This document shows positions 11,045 through 22,739 of a DNA stretch of 64,000 bases, one piece after another; position 1 is the stretch's first letter; each line of letters opens with the position of its first letter. A program made the position numbers and the translations under genes. The notes under the pieces are model-generated. The model saw only the letters and a program-made list of their open reading frames with translations, was not told the origin of the DNA and did not search any database. This stretch comes from Nemertoderma westbladi (Eukaryota > Animalia > Xenacoelomorpha): contig JAUCBJ010008450.1 in NCBI GenBank assembly GCA_032718475.1, forward strand, positions 62,001 through 126,000, written 5' to 3'.

Positions 11045-13464
11045 GGGCACCTAAATACTGCGTGGGTATTATGCCCGCAAATAATACAATTTCGAATTCT
11101 TGTTTTGGTTTGGCTTATACTCGGTATCGCATCACCATCCTGTGAATACTGAGCCGCGGTTTCACTATGAGATACTTTCCCCTTAGTTTCACCGGATAGG
11201 TTCAGCATTTTCTTTGGATTGGTGTTTTGCAATGCAACTTCTGTATTCAATGTGGTAATTTTCGGTCGTTGCTCTATGTTTGATTTATACTTGTAGTCCT
11301 GCGGCGGTGTATGTACTTGTCTGGCTTCTGTATTAGAATAAGTGTAGACGGGGTCATTCATAGTGTCGGCTTCTTTCCGTATGAATTCGGCTAACTCGTG
11401 TAGCGTAGGTTCATGATGCTTATGTGTGCGTATATCGCCCGCTACGCGTCGCCAGCGGCTCATCACATTGGGGGGCAGGTTTGCTGCAACCATACGCAAG
11501 TTTGCTGTGGAGTTCATTTCTTGCGTATTATTAAAATGTTGTAAAATTATAGCCTTGTTTCTTACTTTATCAGCGTAAGATCTAAACTTTTTCTTACACT
11601 GCTCGAAAGATCCTGAAATTAGATCGACCTTATCAGTTAAGTCTCTAAGAGTGTGTTCTACAATGACACTAGGGTGACCGTACCGGTCGTGCAGTATTTC
11701 CCAGGCTCTGGTGTACCCGCCGCTCAAACCTGAAAGGAAGGATATTAAGTGCAGAGGTTCACCTGTTAAATAATTCAATAAATATGAAAATTTCTCCATT
11801 TCTGTAAAGGGTTTCAGGTCCACTTGAGCTCTAAAGGTTGCTGTGAAGGATATGTATTGCCCGGGGTCACCACTAAATTTAATGGGTTCAAGTTGAGGTA
11901 AGGTCAATCTTGTGTTTAGTTTGTCTAAGGCGGAAAATGTTATCTCAGCAGCAGAGTTGTTCAATTGAGTGAACTGTGATGGTGTAGACACGTATGTCTC
12001 TGCAGGAGCAAATGGTAGTTCATTACTGTAGTTTTGATATGGTTGTCTATAGCCAGAATGATAGCCCGTGCTGTTAATGCAAGATGGGTCTCCTGCTGTA
12101 GGTATATTTGTATTGCTTACGGTGTTTGTAAAGTTACATGGGTTAGAACCAACAGATTGGATCATACGGCGTGACGTAACTTGCCCGCCCGCACTGGCGA
12201 TCGAAACAGATGGTATATACGCAGGACAGTGCGCATTTAAAGGCCTATTTGTTGGGCTAACATAGGCATTTATATCTGTAGTTCTAGTTAACCCTCCCTC
12301 ATGTGTACTAGGCCTACTATTTATAAAGGGGGCTGGATTACGTGTAGGATAACTAAAGCTATTCGTCATCGTGTGTATAGGAGATATTCCTATATTTTCG
12401 GCGGGTGCCATATTGCGAGGTGCACTCTGTGTGTAGATTATTGACGACATAGATGTTTCCTGAGATTTACCGACGATGTCTTGTTTTGTAGTGACTGGTT
12501 TGTGGCTTGGTTCAATATCTATATTATCTGTTAATTTATAATTTACACTAGCATCCAGTGTACCACCATTATTTTCCTCTTCTGCCAATTCTGTAGCTAA
12601 TTTTAGCGCGTTTAATTTGTCTCTCTGTTGACACAGCTTTCGCTCGCTCTCTAGATCTCTAATTTGTTTCTCACGTTCTTGGTCTCGAATTAATTGTTCT
12701 AATTTTAAGCCTTCTAATTTTTCTTGAGCTCTTAATCTGGTAGCAGTAGACGCAACTGAGCCCGACCTACTACTATTTACAGACGCTCGGTCATGTGTGG
12801 GGCGCTTTGGGTTTTTCAATGGAAGTTGCGCCGATGAAAATTGACCATCAGTAACGCTAATAGTGGGCTTATGTAAAACATTATCTGTAATATAATTATT
12901 ATTATCCACAACGGCTGCAGTTGAACCTGAGGATATAAGGTGAGACATTTCTTGTAGATCCCCCTGGAGAGCTACTGCTAGCACTTCAAATTCTCCCTGA
13001 AGCTTATTCGCTTCATTAGAAAAATTATTGTCATATAATTTTTCTATAAATACTTGGTAGGCTTCGCATATCCTGTTGTAAGAAGTTACACACTCCTTAT
13101 AGGTTGGAGGCACTAAGTCTAAACCTCCCGGTTTTCGTATATCCTGAAAGAAAATGTTTCTTTTCTTGGAAAAATATCCTTTATGACCTGCAATAGAACG
13201 GTTAAATACTTCTAAGTCTGGAGGGTTTTGTACACACGTGGTCCCTGAGTTTCGAGCCCTGGCACCTGCGTCATTTCTATCACGACGTAGAGTGCGGTTA
13301 CTGGCTTGTCCAAGTGCAGAAGCATTGGACATACCTTCAGTCCCAGTGGGTTCGTACGTGTTATGTGGGCCAACTAGTACCGTTGATGTACGGGGAGCGT
13401 CAATAAACTCACCTTCATTTCCGTCGACTTCACAGTCGTCGAAGGCCGTCAGTGTTTCATCCAT
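11045..13464 (-). CDS. Gag of element A (interrupted at 11045 by element B)
   Basis: 819-aa ORF with coiled coil, LPQLEPIKFSGDPGQY, YLLNYLTGEP, DRYGHP, DPVY and CIICGHNTHAVFRCP. The last 13 codons of the ORF are read-through into the B LTR. Confidence 0.9.
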
Positions 13465-13551
13465 CCTGAACTCGAGCAGCTCGATTATCCTCTTGAAACT
13501 CGATTTGTAAGCTGTAGTTTATCGTCCGGATCCACCACTTACAACTGCTAC

Positions 13552-14170
13552 TGTATCTACAATATGTATTTAACAATGCCTAGTAACCAAATATATGGTT
13601 ATATTCTGATCAACCGTAAAGACGGTGTTAAAAAGACTGGTGTATCTTTTTACTGTGAGCGTTTTTTACTTTAATCGCTCTGATTCTGTCAGTTATGCGT
13701 GATTTAATCTTAATGACCGAAAAACATTGTGATAACATAATAGTAATAACAGGAATGTTTATTGAAGAATGTTAGAATTTAATATCATCAAAATATGTTC
13801 GGTAAAAAGATACACTTCGGATTCCCTAATAACAGAATGAATTTCATCGCGGTTGTTAGTTGATTAAATAGGTTGAGATACGAAGGGACAGGGAAGTTGT
13901 AAAGAAGAGCTGTCATAGGTCAATGTGTCTTATTGTCATTGTATGCGGTATTAGAGCTGGTGATAATTGGCGAGAGTTGAATAGTGAATGTAGCAATTAG
14001 ATTACCCGGCCAAGAATGTATAGTAGTAGATATCAGCTGATATTATAAACATTATATTATATTGTATGCTAGCGGTTGGATTTTGTGGGCTAATATGCTC
14101 GAGCTGACTTGTTACAAGCATTGTACGAAATAAGGGGTATTTTTTTACTGGTCATGTACAATCTGTAACA
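13552..14170 (-). repeat. Probable 5' LTR of element A
   Basis: - strand TGTTAC... start exactly where the flanking RTE homology stops (14170/14171), ...GATACA end, AATAAA at 13758-13763. The partner LTR is not in the window, so the boundaries are inferred. Confidence 0.65.
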
Positions 14171-14290
14171 ACTGGCACTATTGGTCTTAATGCTCTTTGC
14201 AGCAGCCTTCACTTCTGTAAAGGAGATATCACCAATGGGAATATCTGGGAGTACAGACTCAGACACGTTCGTGGGGCCTTCGCACAGCAC
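14171..14290 (-). mobile_element. RTE-like LINE fragment (insertion target of element A)
   Basis: ESVLPDIPIGDISFTEVKAAAKSIKTN is homologous to KSVFTDIPIGEISFAEIKTATRSIKTN at 18194-18433. Confidence 0.7.
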
Positions 14291-14529
14291 TAGGCCCAGT
14301 TATGAGATACAAATTAAAATTGAGCGACTGTATCACAAAATCAGTAGTTGAGAAATTTAACCACACCGCCAATCAATCAAAGACAGGGGGACAGTACATG
14401 TTCAGCCCTTTTAATCTGCACCCCCCCCCCCCCCCCCCCCTCCTCCCCTTCACACCAACCAATACATAACCGCGACATCTACCACCCACGGGCTGAAGGG
14501 GCGGAAGGGTAGCGCAAACTTATTTCCAA

Positions 14530-14895
14530 TCGCACGTTCAATATGCGAAGCCATGTGGTTTATAGGAATATAATAAACGCAGTACTCGTCTTCATTATAA
14601 GCCTCATTGAGTTCGTCCTGTTTTGTATTAAAAAATAAATTTCTTAAACGCAGGCTGACGATTTTTATAATAATAATAACAAGGGATGCGTTCAATATGT
14701 GAAGCCAGGTGGTTTATATAATAATAATAGTAAACGCAGTACTCGTCTTCATTATAAGTGTTGTTGTGCTCGTCCTGTTTTGTATTTAAATATCTTTCCT
14801 AAACGAAGACTGACGATCTTTATAATGCGTTCAATAGGCGAAGCCAGGTATGGTTTTGGTTTATAGGAATATAGTCTACGCAGCACTCATTCCTC
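14530..14895. repeat. Diverged ~140-155-bp tandem repeat (about 2.5 copies)
   Basis: gttcaatatgcgaagcca...ggtttata...aaacgcagtactcgtcttcattataag recurs near 14536, 14690 and 14829. Confidence 0.7.
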
Positions 14896-15338
14896 ATGAG
14901 CCCGAGTTATAGTGTGGCAATGTAGATGCAGTAGTTGCACCCGACCAGCCGGAAACTCGGAGCAATAGGCCTACTGCTTGTACAATGCGTGTCAATTTCA
15001 ACACCGCCGGGCACTGGGTGATATTAAAAAGCAGTATTAAAAAGGCAGAGTGAGATTAAAAAACCGGATTATTTCATCCTCGGTTACGGTTAGTCCAGTT
15101 TGCTGTAACATTACACTGTGAACAATTTGAAATGTTTTGTAAGCTAGGACACATCTCTCTCTGCCTTGCTTTCTTAAATGGTAGCTAAATGTGTACCAGT
15201 ATTCTCTAGAGTGTATAATTCTGGGGGAACCTCATTGGAAATTGTTTTTCTTTGACTCCATGTATATAATAATTTTTCAATAAATTATACCCATCTTTCT
15301 ATGCTTTGCAATGGAATTCCATGTATTTACCTTTGTAG

Positions 15339-15474
15339 GTTGGAAGACTATGGTGGAGTTGAGGAAACATTTTCAGTTGGAGTTGGAGATGGAGAATACC
15401 CCGTGGCATCAAACCTTCACTATCTGGATAACAAAGTATCTTCTGTTAAACTTATTAGCCCCATGAATTCAAAT
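15339..15474 (+). CDS. Beta/gamma-crystallin multi-domain gene, exon a (136 nt, phase 2/0)
   Basis: ctttgtag|g ... aat|gtaagt; LEDYGGVEETFSVGVGDGEYPVASNLHYLDNKVSSVKLISPMNSN (Greek-key YxG, GEY, DNKVSS). Confidence 0.85.
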
Positions 15475-15599
15475 GTAAGTCAATAATAACTTATAATAAA
15501 ATTCTTCCTTAATTCTTTGGTTAATAATAATCATAATAGTAAGCTATATAAGATGTTCAAGTTTCTTTCCCAGTTGGTTCATCATGCTGGCCTGGTATC

Positions 15600-16310
15600 C
15601 CCTGGTATCAACTGATCTGGACACGCAGTATAGGAACTCACACTGTATGTAAAGCTTTCTTTTCGGGGGAAAGTATGGTAACAATGAGGGAGTGGGAGAC
15701 GTTCAATCGGAGGGCTGCAAATGCCTCAATATCCAAAAGGGATGCAACTCTTTCACATCAATGTGAGCTGTGTGAATTAACCACAGCGGTAGATACATCA
15801 TCCTGGCTGAATTCCAAACCCCTTACACTCCAGGATACCAGATAACAGATTGACAAGAAAGAGTTCCGCGATGCTCTTTGCCTTCGATATGGTTGGACTC
15901 AGAAGAACCTCAGTGTTTTAAATGTTCTGTTGTATCCCACTGGAGGATTCCCCACCATCAGAGGATTCCCCACGATCATCAACACTCCCTAGAGGTAGCC
16001 CATAGCAGTGGAATACCTACTGTAGCCATTATTGGGGTGTGAATAGGTGAGATGGAGCTAGCTATGGAAATCTACACAAATTTTCTCTGCCATTGGTGGT
16101 GCTGCTCCATCTGGAACTCATTTTGTTTCATGCTTGCCTAAAAATTTTCAGAAAAGCTGGAGATCTGATCTATACTCTGCTGGGTTTGACATAAGTTGAC
16201 ATTCTCGATAATGCATTCAGTGTTGCTATGCCTCATTGGGTGATGCTCTACATCGCATCAGCCAGTGTAGTGCAAAATAGCAGACACATACATCCTCCTA
16301 GCCATCACCC
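15600..16310 (+). mobile_element. Decayed CRE-like (RLE-type) non-LTR retrotransposon 3' region
   Basis: Residual peptides DKKEFRDALCLRYGW (15852) and PTGGFPTIR (15937), which I recognise from CRE-clade C-terminal regions. Many disablements. Confidence 0.55.
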
Positions 16311-16732
16311 ACTCTTACCCAGAGATTGAACTAAAAACTCTACCATCTACAAAATTTAACATTTGTTTTGTTGTTGCATATTTTTAACAGTTTGATATAT
16401 CATAATATTAAATATATTAAAAGTTAAGAGCAAAAAAAGGCTTGTCTCAGGGAATGGTCAGGTATTGTTTTTTGGAGAAGATATCCATTAATGGTATGGG
16501 ATGGATGAAGACATAGTCTCCGCGCTAGCAGAATTACGAAATCAGCCTTGTCATGGAATGACTGGTCCTCTGTGTGCAACAGTCCAGTGTGAGATCCGTC
16601 TTTACACTAAAGCTGAACAACAGGGATGAGGTTCTCATCTGTGAGGCAACAGTACACTGCGAGGGCTATACCATCTTCAAAGAAGCAGTTAAGTTAGCAG
16701 CTGCAGAAAGAGTTCCTGCATACCCTCGAAAC

Positions 16733-17862
16733 GGATGTAGGACAATTCGGTCCCGGACAATTCGGTCCGGACAATTCGGTCCCGGACAATTCGGTCCCGT
16801 ACATTTCGGTCCCAAAACACTAAATAAATGGGACCGAATTGTCGGGGACCGAATTGTCGGGGACCGAATTGTCGGGGACCGAATTGTCCTAGGACCGAAT
16901 TGTCCTAGGACCGAATTGTCCTAGGACCGAATTGTCTGGGACCGAATTGTCCGGGACCGAATTGTCCGGTTCCTGATAGCAACTTTTTAGTGCTTTTTTG
17001 ATATTGGTGAATGTTCTAGAATATTAGTAGAGATATTTGTTATGGTAGCTAGTCTTATTTACTTGCTAGAATTTTTTGAAATTTTAAAAATACTGTATTT
17101 TTTTTTTATTTTTGTTATTGGAAGAGAATATTATTATATATTATTTATTAAGGTGTAGCTAGTGTTTTTATTTTACTAGCTAGCATTTCCTTGAAATTAT
17201 AAAAACACTTGTGAAAACATTGATATTTCAGAATTAGGCCTAAACTGTTGCTGATTATATTAATTACCAACAATATTGATGATATTATAACAGTCCCTGA
17301 ATGAGATCCAGCTATTATCTAGGATAATAGTTTAGGCTTGTTACCAACCAACAACACATACAGTATACTTACGCAGTATATAAAAAAATTCAGCTTTAAA
17401 CATTTTAAATACATACTATTACTAGCTAGTAAATAATTCAAAAGCTCCATAAAAACACCATAGCTACCATAAATAATAATGTTAACAAAAAAAAGTAAAT
17501 TTTTTTTATTTTTAAAAAAATACTAGCTAGTAAAAAAAACACTAGCTACCATATAATAATATATATTAAGGTTCTAGAACATTCACCATTATATAGTACC
17601 AATTAAATTTGGTCCCGGACAATTCGGTCCTGGACAATTCGGTCCCGGACAATTCGGTCCCGGACAATTCGGTCCCGGACAATTCGGTCCCATTAAAAAG
17701 CATGTTTTGGGACCGAATTGTCCTAGTCAGTATCCGGACAATTCTGTCCCGGACAATTCGGTCCCAAAACACAAAATTAATGGGACCGAATTGTCCGGGA
17801 CCGAATTGTCCGGTGCCGAATTGTCCGGACCGAATTGTCCGGGACCGAATTGTCCTGCTTCC
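16733..17862. mobile_element. Foldback / MULE-like MITE 1 (1130 bp)
   Basis: TIR ggatgtaggacaattcgg / ccgaattgtcctgcttcc. Arrays of 15-bp ggacaattcggtccc in both orientations. 9-bp TSD cctcgaaac / cgtcgaaac. The host LINE frame is restored on removal. Confidence 0.85.
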
Positions 17863-18498
17863 CGTCGAAACAGGAAAAAGGTCCCCAGGACTGACCACAG
17901 AATTCGGAAGTGCATACTGATAGGCATACGAGGGCAGACAAGGATGCAGTTAAGGCTGCTTCTAGGTCCCTTAACAGACAGTGCGCTGATAATCTGAAGG
18001 AGCTTATCAATGAGCAGTTTGAAGCCATTAACAATCCTTATGATAGCAGGCAATCAGTTCAGGTATGATAATCAATAAACCAGCTCACTGGGAGGAAAAG
18101 CCAACCAACCACCAAGGTTGCAGCTGAATCTCCAGCTGAATGCCTCAGAGGTTGGAAGGCACACTTTGAGAAGCTTCTAAACAATGACAAGGATTGTCTG
18201 ATAACTTTGAGGTACATCATATACCTAAATCTGTGTTCACAGATATCCCCATTGGTGAAATCTCCTTTGCTGAAATCAAGACTGCAACTAGGAGCATCAA
18301 GACCAATCGTGTCAGTGAAGTAGTAGTGAAAACAAATAAGTTTGTCCCAGCCCCAAAGAAGGACAACAAAACAACCCATGGATCTTTTAGTGGAATCTCG
18401 CTAATCTCGATTGCTGCAAAGCTATACAACTGAATTCTATTAAATTATATCATTGATAGTAACAATGTGTTGGCAAGCTGTATTTATCGAGGTGTTTG

Positions 18499-18601
18499 TT
18501 ATTATACATTTATTATAGGAAGGGATCTAGGGGTCTTAACCTCGAATGGGCCATTCGAGGTTAAGACCCCTAGATCCCTTCCTATAATAAATGTATAATA
18601 A
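18499..18601. repeat. Perfect palindrome, 51-bp arms with 1-nt spacer
   Basis: ttattatacatt...ctcgaatgg-g-ccattcgag...aatgtataataa, inside an insert flanked by taaattatatca (18441-18452, 18599-18610). Confidence 0.93.
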
Positions 18602-18761
18602 ATTATATCAGGGATCCTGTTGAGAGACTGTTACGTGGGAACCAAAATGGGTTCCCTAAAGGTTGTGGAACCATGGAGTCTATTCTGGCACTTATAAGGA
18701 TAATCGAAGAGTTATCAATAAAGAAAGACAGTGAAGTGAAATCCCAGAGTCCCTAGTTTCT

Positions 18762-19075
18762 CTAATAAAATGTTATGGTCAATGGAATTAAACGGAATAA
18801 ATTTAGAAAACCGACCGCAACATATTTGTTTTTATCCTGTTGGTCGCACCAGGTTTCAGTAGCTAGGGTCACTGCGTCTGTGGCCGAGAAACCTTTCCGA
18901 AAACCAAATTGTCTGGGATAAAATTTGTTGTTTTTATTTAAGTATGCAGTCATTTGATCCAGTAGTATTTTTTCAATAATTTTAGCAAAAGGTGAAGTTA
19001 TGGCAATTGGTCTATAATTTGTTGGGCCTTTTTTAAATACGGGAATGATGTCAGCTAATTTAAGTCTGTCTGGAA
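18762..19075 (-). mobile_element. CR1/L2-group LINE RT fragment
   Basis: FPDRLKLADIIPVFKK...NYRPIAITSPFAKIIEK...QFGFRKGFSATDA; same family as 27426-31319. Confidence 0.85.
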
Positions 19076-20306
19076 ATTACAAGGTCCAGAAGATTTATTT
19101 GAGTTTTGGTTACATATTACAGTATCTAAGGTAAGGGAAGAAATGCAATTGAAGGAAAATTGTTGACTGTGTTGTACTGTAGAAACCGCTGGGATAATTA
19201 ATGGCATGGATTTATTTACATTTTGTGAAATTTCTACAAATTCTCCTAAACGAATAAATCTGTAAGTACCGGGATTTTTTTAACTTGCATGACAATCCAT
19301 CTCTCCAGTAGTAAACCAAACCCACTCCACAATGATGAGGTTGTTAATCCCTCATCTGATGAAGTTCAGGAAATTGTTCCCCCCAACTGGGAGTGTGATG
19401 CAGGACCATGTATGCCGAACCAAGGTTTGCAAAACTCTTGGAATCACTGTCACGGTCGTCCGGGAAGTTATGGACGAAATAAAATTCCAGTCTCTAATCA
19501 ATTTAACCAGCTTGTTGGGCTGGATTCGCCCCTTACACCTGGCAGTGGTCCAGGCCACGTTCCCCCATTGGGATCTCAAGGTGTTGCCGAGGCCGACAAC
19601 AATAGTCGTATGTCCTGATAAGATGCTGCTGTAGGTACCCCACCTGTAACACATCGCAGCCCTTTGTCAGAGGTAGTCTATACAGACAGTCAGTGTAGGC
19701 TGATTGACAAGTTGGGGTTTACCGTCATTGGTCCTAATGGGCGACCGATAAAGTTTACACAGCAGCGCCGTGCCCTGGTGCACACACCAGTGGAAACAGA
19801 AGTTCAGTCTTCTAATCATTCGGGTCTTGGGTCCAATAACAACTCCAACAGTGGTAGACACCGGCAATAGCGGATTCCTACTAAAGGTACATGTACATCA
19901 GTGGAAGGTCTCGAATCGATACCGATGGCACAACGTTCAAGGAAATTATATCTCTCTGGGATTGCCCCAAATGTTGATCCAGATAAATGCGGATTCGATG
20001 GTCAATGTGACAGTGCCACATCGCTGGACACCAGGTGGTCATGTTTCATTATTACATGTAAGGAGGGTGACCACGATGTTTAATTACAGCCAGATAGCTG
20101 GCCTGTTGATGCATCTATTCACTTGTATTTTTCTCCTAGGAATCCTCCTGTCACTAGACCTAATTTGGGTTATCTCTTCTCCTTCAGGGTCTCCTAATCG
20201 GGAGGGGTCTCCTAAGTAATGATTGTAATTGATATTTTTACAAAAATAATTTATACTTTTTATATTTATATATATATTTTTTACTATCTTTTTATAAATA
20301 AATGCA

Positions 20307-21670
20307 ATGGATAATACAAAGTTAAATATAGCAAGCTATAACTGTAATTCAATCAGGACAACACAGTCTAAAATAATCATTAATGAGTTGTACAATAGCT
20401 TTGATATTTTATTGCTCCAGGAATTGCAACTTCCTAAACAAGAGCTTTCAATTCTCTCTAATATTAATGATGAGTTTTTGGGTCAAGGGTTCTCCCAGAC
20501 TGATTATGAGTCAGGTCTACTACGTGGTAGATCAGCCGGCAGCCTAGGCTTTTGGTGGCGGAAATCTCTGGCTCATGCTATTGAAATTGTAAACTTTAAT
20601 GATCCCCATATGTGTGGTGCAATTTTAAAGTTAACAAATAAGGATAAACTACTTATAATAAATGTTTACTGACGCGACCTTATGATTGTTGTGAAAATAT
20701 AGATTTGTTCAGTGATTGTCTAGGTAAACTTAAATATCTTCTTGAAATGGAAAATTACTCACACTGTTTAATTATGGGTGACTTCAATGCAGACCCATTT
20801 AGGGAAAGGTTCCGTAAATTTTCTCAGTGGTGTAATACTTCAAATGTTACTGTAGCTGATGTTATGTATCTGCCCCGCGATAGATGTTCATGGGAGTACA
20901 TCATGGCTGGATCACGGTGTTTGCTCACCTACATGCCTAGATCTGCTAAGCGAAGTTAAGAATGTTTATTATCTTGCTATATCGGATCATATGCCAGTTA
21001 CTTTGTCGTTGAATGCGGATGTTTCACCTGCAGACAGCACTTGTGACAATAACTGTATAAATTCATTAAATTATTCTGAGTCTGATTTCAAATTCTATTC
21101 ATGGACTACAAACTTTTGAATTCCAAGAAGTCAAAATGTATATGTCACATTCCGAAATCTTACACAGTCACTCGCTATGCCAATATTAAATTATATGGTG
21201 CGAATATCGAAATCGTGGACTCTTTCAATTATCTAGGTCACATTTTGTGCTCATCCACCGATGATGACATCGACATTACCAAGCAGTTGCACTTGTATGC
21301 AAGAGCAAACTCTCTTGTGAGAAAATTTGGTAAAGCATCCATTTGTGTCAAGGTTGCGCTTTTTAGCGCTTATTTAACCCCAATTTACAGCAATAGCCTT
21401 TGGGCTTAGAGTAACTACTCACACCGTGTCCATGAAAAGACTGTGCTACTGACAACTGTGCTAGATTATTATTTAATATTCCCTATTTAACGAATGATGA
21501 ACCAACCAGTAGTGGATACATTTGGTGAGCTTAATTTACCAATGTTTTGTGATCTAATACACAAATCTGTCGCTAGGTGATATAAGAGGGTCGTGGCTTC
21601 ACCCAACAGTTTAATACGTGCTGTGTTTTCTGTTTGTAGGAATCTTGAGACGCATCTTAAAGGACACTGG
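20307..21670 (+). mobile_element. RTEX-like LINE relic: APE endonuclease joined through a large internal deletion to the ORF2 C-terminus
   Basis: IASYNCNS, LLLQE, GDFNAD, SWLDH, SDH, then FNYLGH and LYARANSLVRKF...VKVALFSAY...LW. The RT core is missing. An ORF1-like remnant probably lies upstream (19100-20220). Confidence 0.75.
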
Positions 21671-21783
21671 CCTTGAAGATGCAGGTGATCCAGCAAATGT
21701 CATGGTTGATAGGGAGTTGTGGTGGCGCAATTTTGTTGACAAGCTGGCACATCATTCTTAAAAATGCAGCTGCAATGCAGCAT

Positions 21784-22290
21784 GCCGATCCTAGTAGTAG
21801 GTCTTTGAGGTTTCAGGGTCCTCTTATCTGGAACTCGCTGCACAGTGACTTCTAAGCACTCAAAAACATAAATATTTTTCGATCACACCTAAAAAAACTT
21901 ACGTTTAATCAACTTGATACATAAATGAGTTCAGCTTTCACTTATTTTATTGATTAGATGGCTCAGTTCAGCTCAGTATCAGTAATAAAAAAAATAAATG
22001 CATATTTTGGCTTGATCATTAATTTATATTTACAATATTGTTATTGTTGTATCGTTGAATTATTTTTTACCATTTGGCACAGGTGGTCTTGGTCATTCGT
22101 CCATTTTAGCTACATTGCCGGTAGTATGCCCCTCTTTCCTTAGGCTCTTCAGTGGAACTCAGGCAGCACTAGCTATGCGATTTGCCTGGTTCCACTGAAT
22201 ATTATATATTTAATTGTTTAATTGTTAAACTGTTTTTATAATTAAGGAAATAAATATTCAATTCATTTTAAATATATTTGTAATATATAT
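21784..22290 (+). mobile_element. 5'-truncated L2/CR1-group LINE 3' end with 21-bp flanking direct repeat
   Basis: SLRFQGPLIWNSL...IFRSHLKK; 3' UTR stem-loop ttcagtggaac...gttccactgaa (22148-22199); aatgcagctgcaatgcagcat at 21763-21783 and 22291-22311. Confidence 0.7.
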
Positions 22291-22739
22291 AATGCAGCTG
22301 CAATGCAGCATAATGATCATAGTATCAGTAGTAGTGGAATTAGATGAAGATTCGTTGTTCCTGTAATAGTAATAATATTAATATTAATCTATTGACTGAT
22401 TTAGACTGAAACTGATAATTTCAAGTAATTGCACCCGGCAGTGAATTCCTCCTATATGTCCAACTTACAGTACATAAATGCAAGAGAAGCAAGTGTCAAC
22501 ATTACTACTACTACTAGGTCAATGGTTGTCAAGTTTCCATCAACATTAATTAGCATCGAGAAAATCGAATGTGTCTGTCAAAGTAAATTTCAAGGGCAGT
22601 GCCTTCTTTAGCCAAAAGTCCATCCCCTTAGCTAACTTGTAGGTGTAGCAGCTCTTTGTGGACAACATCGGATGCATGGGTACTCCTTCCTTGTGTATTT
22701 TGGCCAACTAATATATTCTAGAATTACAACTCAAATTTA

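Larger units (their letters stand above)
1..14170 (-). mobile_element. BEL/Pao LTR retrotransposon A (decayed; 3' part runs off the window start; interrupted by element B at 2767-11044)
   Basis: Order on the - strand is LTR, gag (DUF1759-like PIKFSGDPGQY, Cys/His knuckles), protease (LLDGGS), RT (YYLPHH, FIADIEGMY, FYVDD), RNase H (HFCDAS, FWSDS, NPAD). Pol has a stop near 1991, a frameshift near 1180 and a shortened protease-RT linker. Confidence 0.93.
16480..18735 (+). mobile_element. Decayed RTE-clade LINE, interrupted by a foldback MITE and a palindromic insert
   Basis: QQSSVRSVFTLKL, AYPR|NRKKVP, GSFSGISLISIAAKLYN, RDPVERLLRGNQNGF; homologous to the - strand copy at 33105-33600. Confidence 0.8.

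Noticed and set aside
14421-14448. Long poly-C/G tracts (also 27373, 35232, 40982, 60670)
   Set aside because: Simple homopolymers with uncertain lengths and no evidence of function.
15132-15188. Possible signal-peptide first exon (MFCKLGHISLCLAFLNGS) of the crystallin gene
   Set aside because: No donor gives the phase 2 needed by exon a, and exon a is the second half of a domain, so a full Greek-key exon must lie upstream.
16574-18053. ORFs with GQFGP / RTIRS / GTELS pentapeptide repeats
   Set aside because: Translations of the 15-bp subterminal repeat of MITE 1. The same applies to the SGGEV repeats at 43620-43716.
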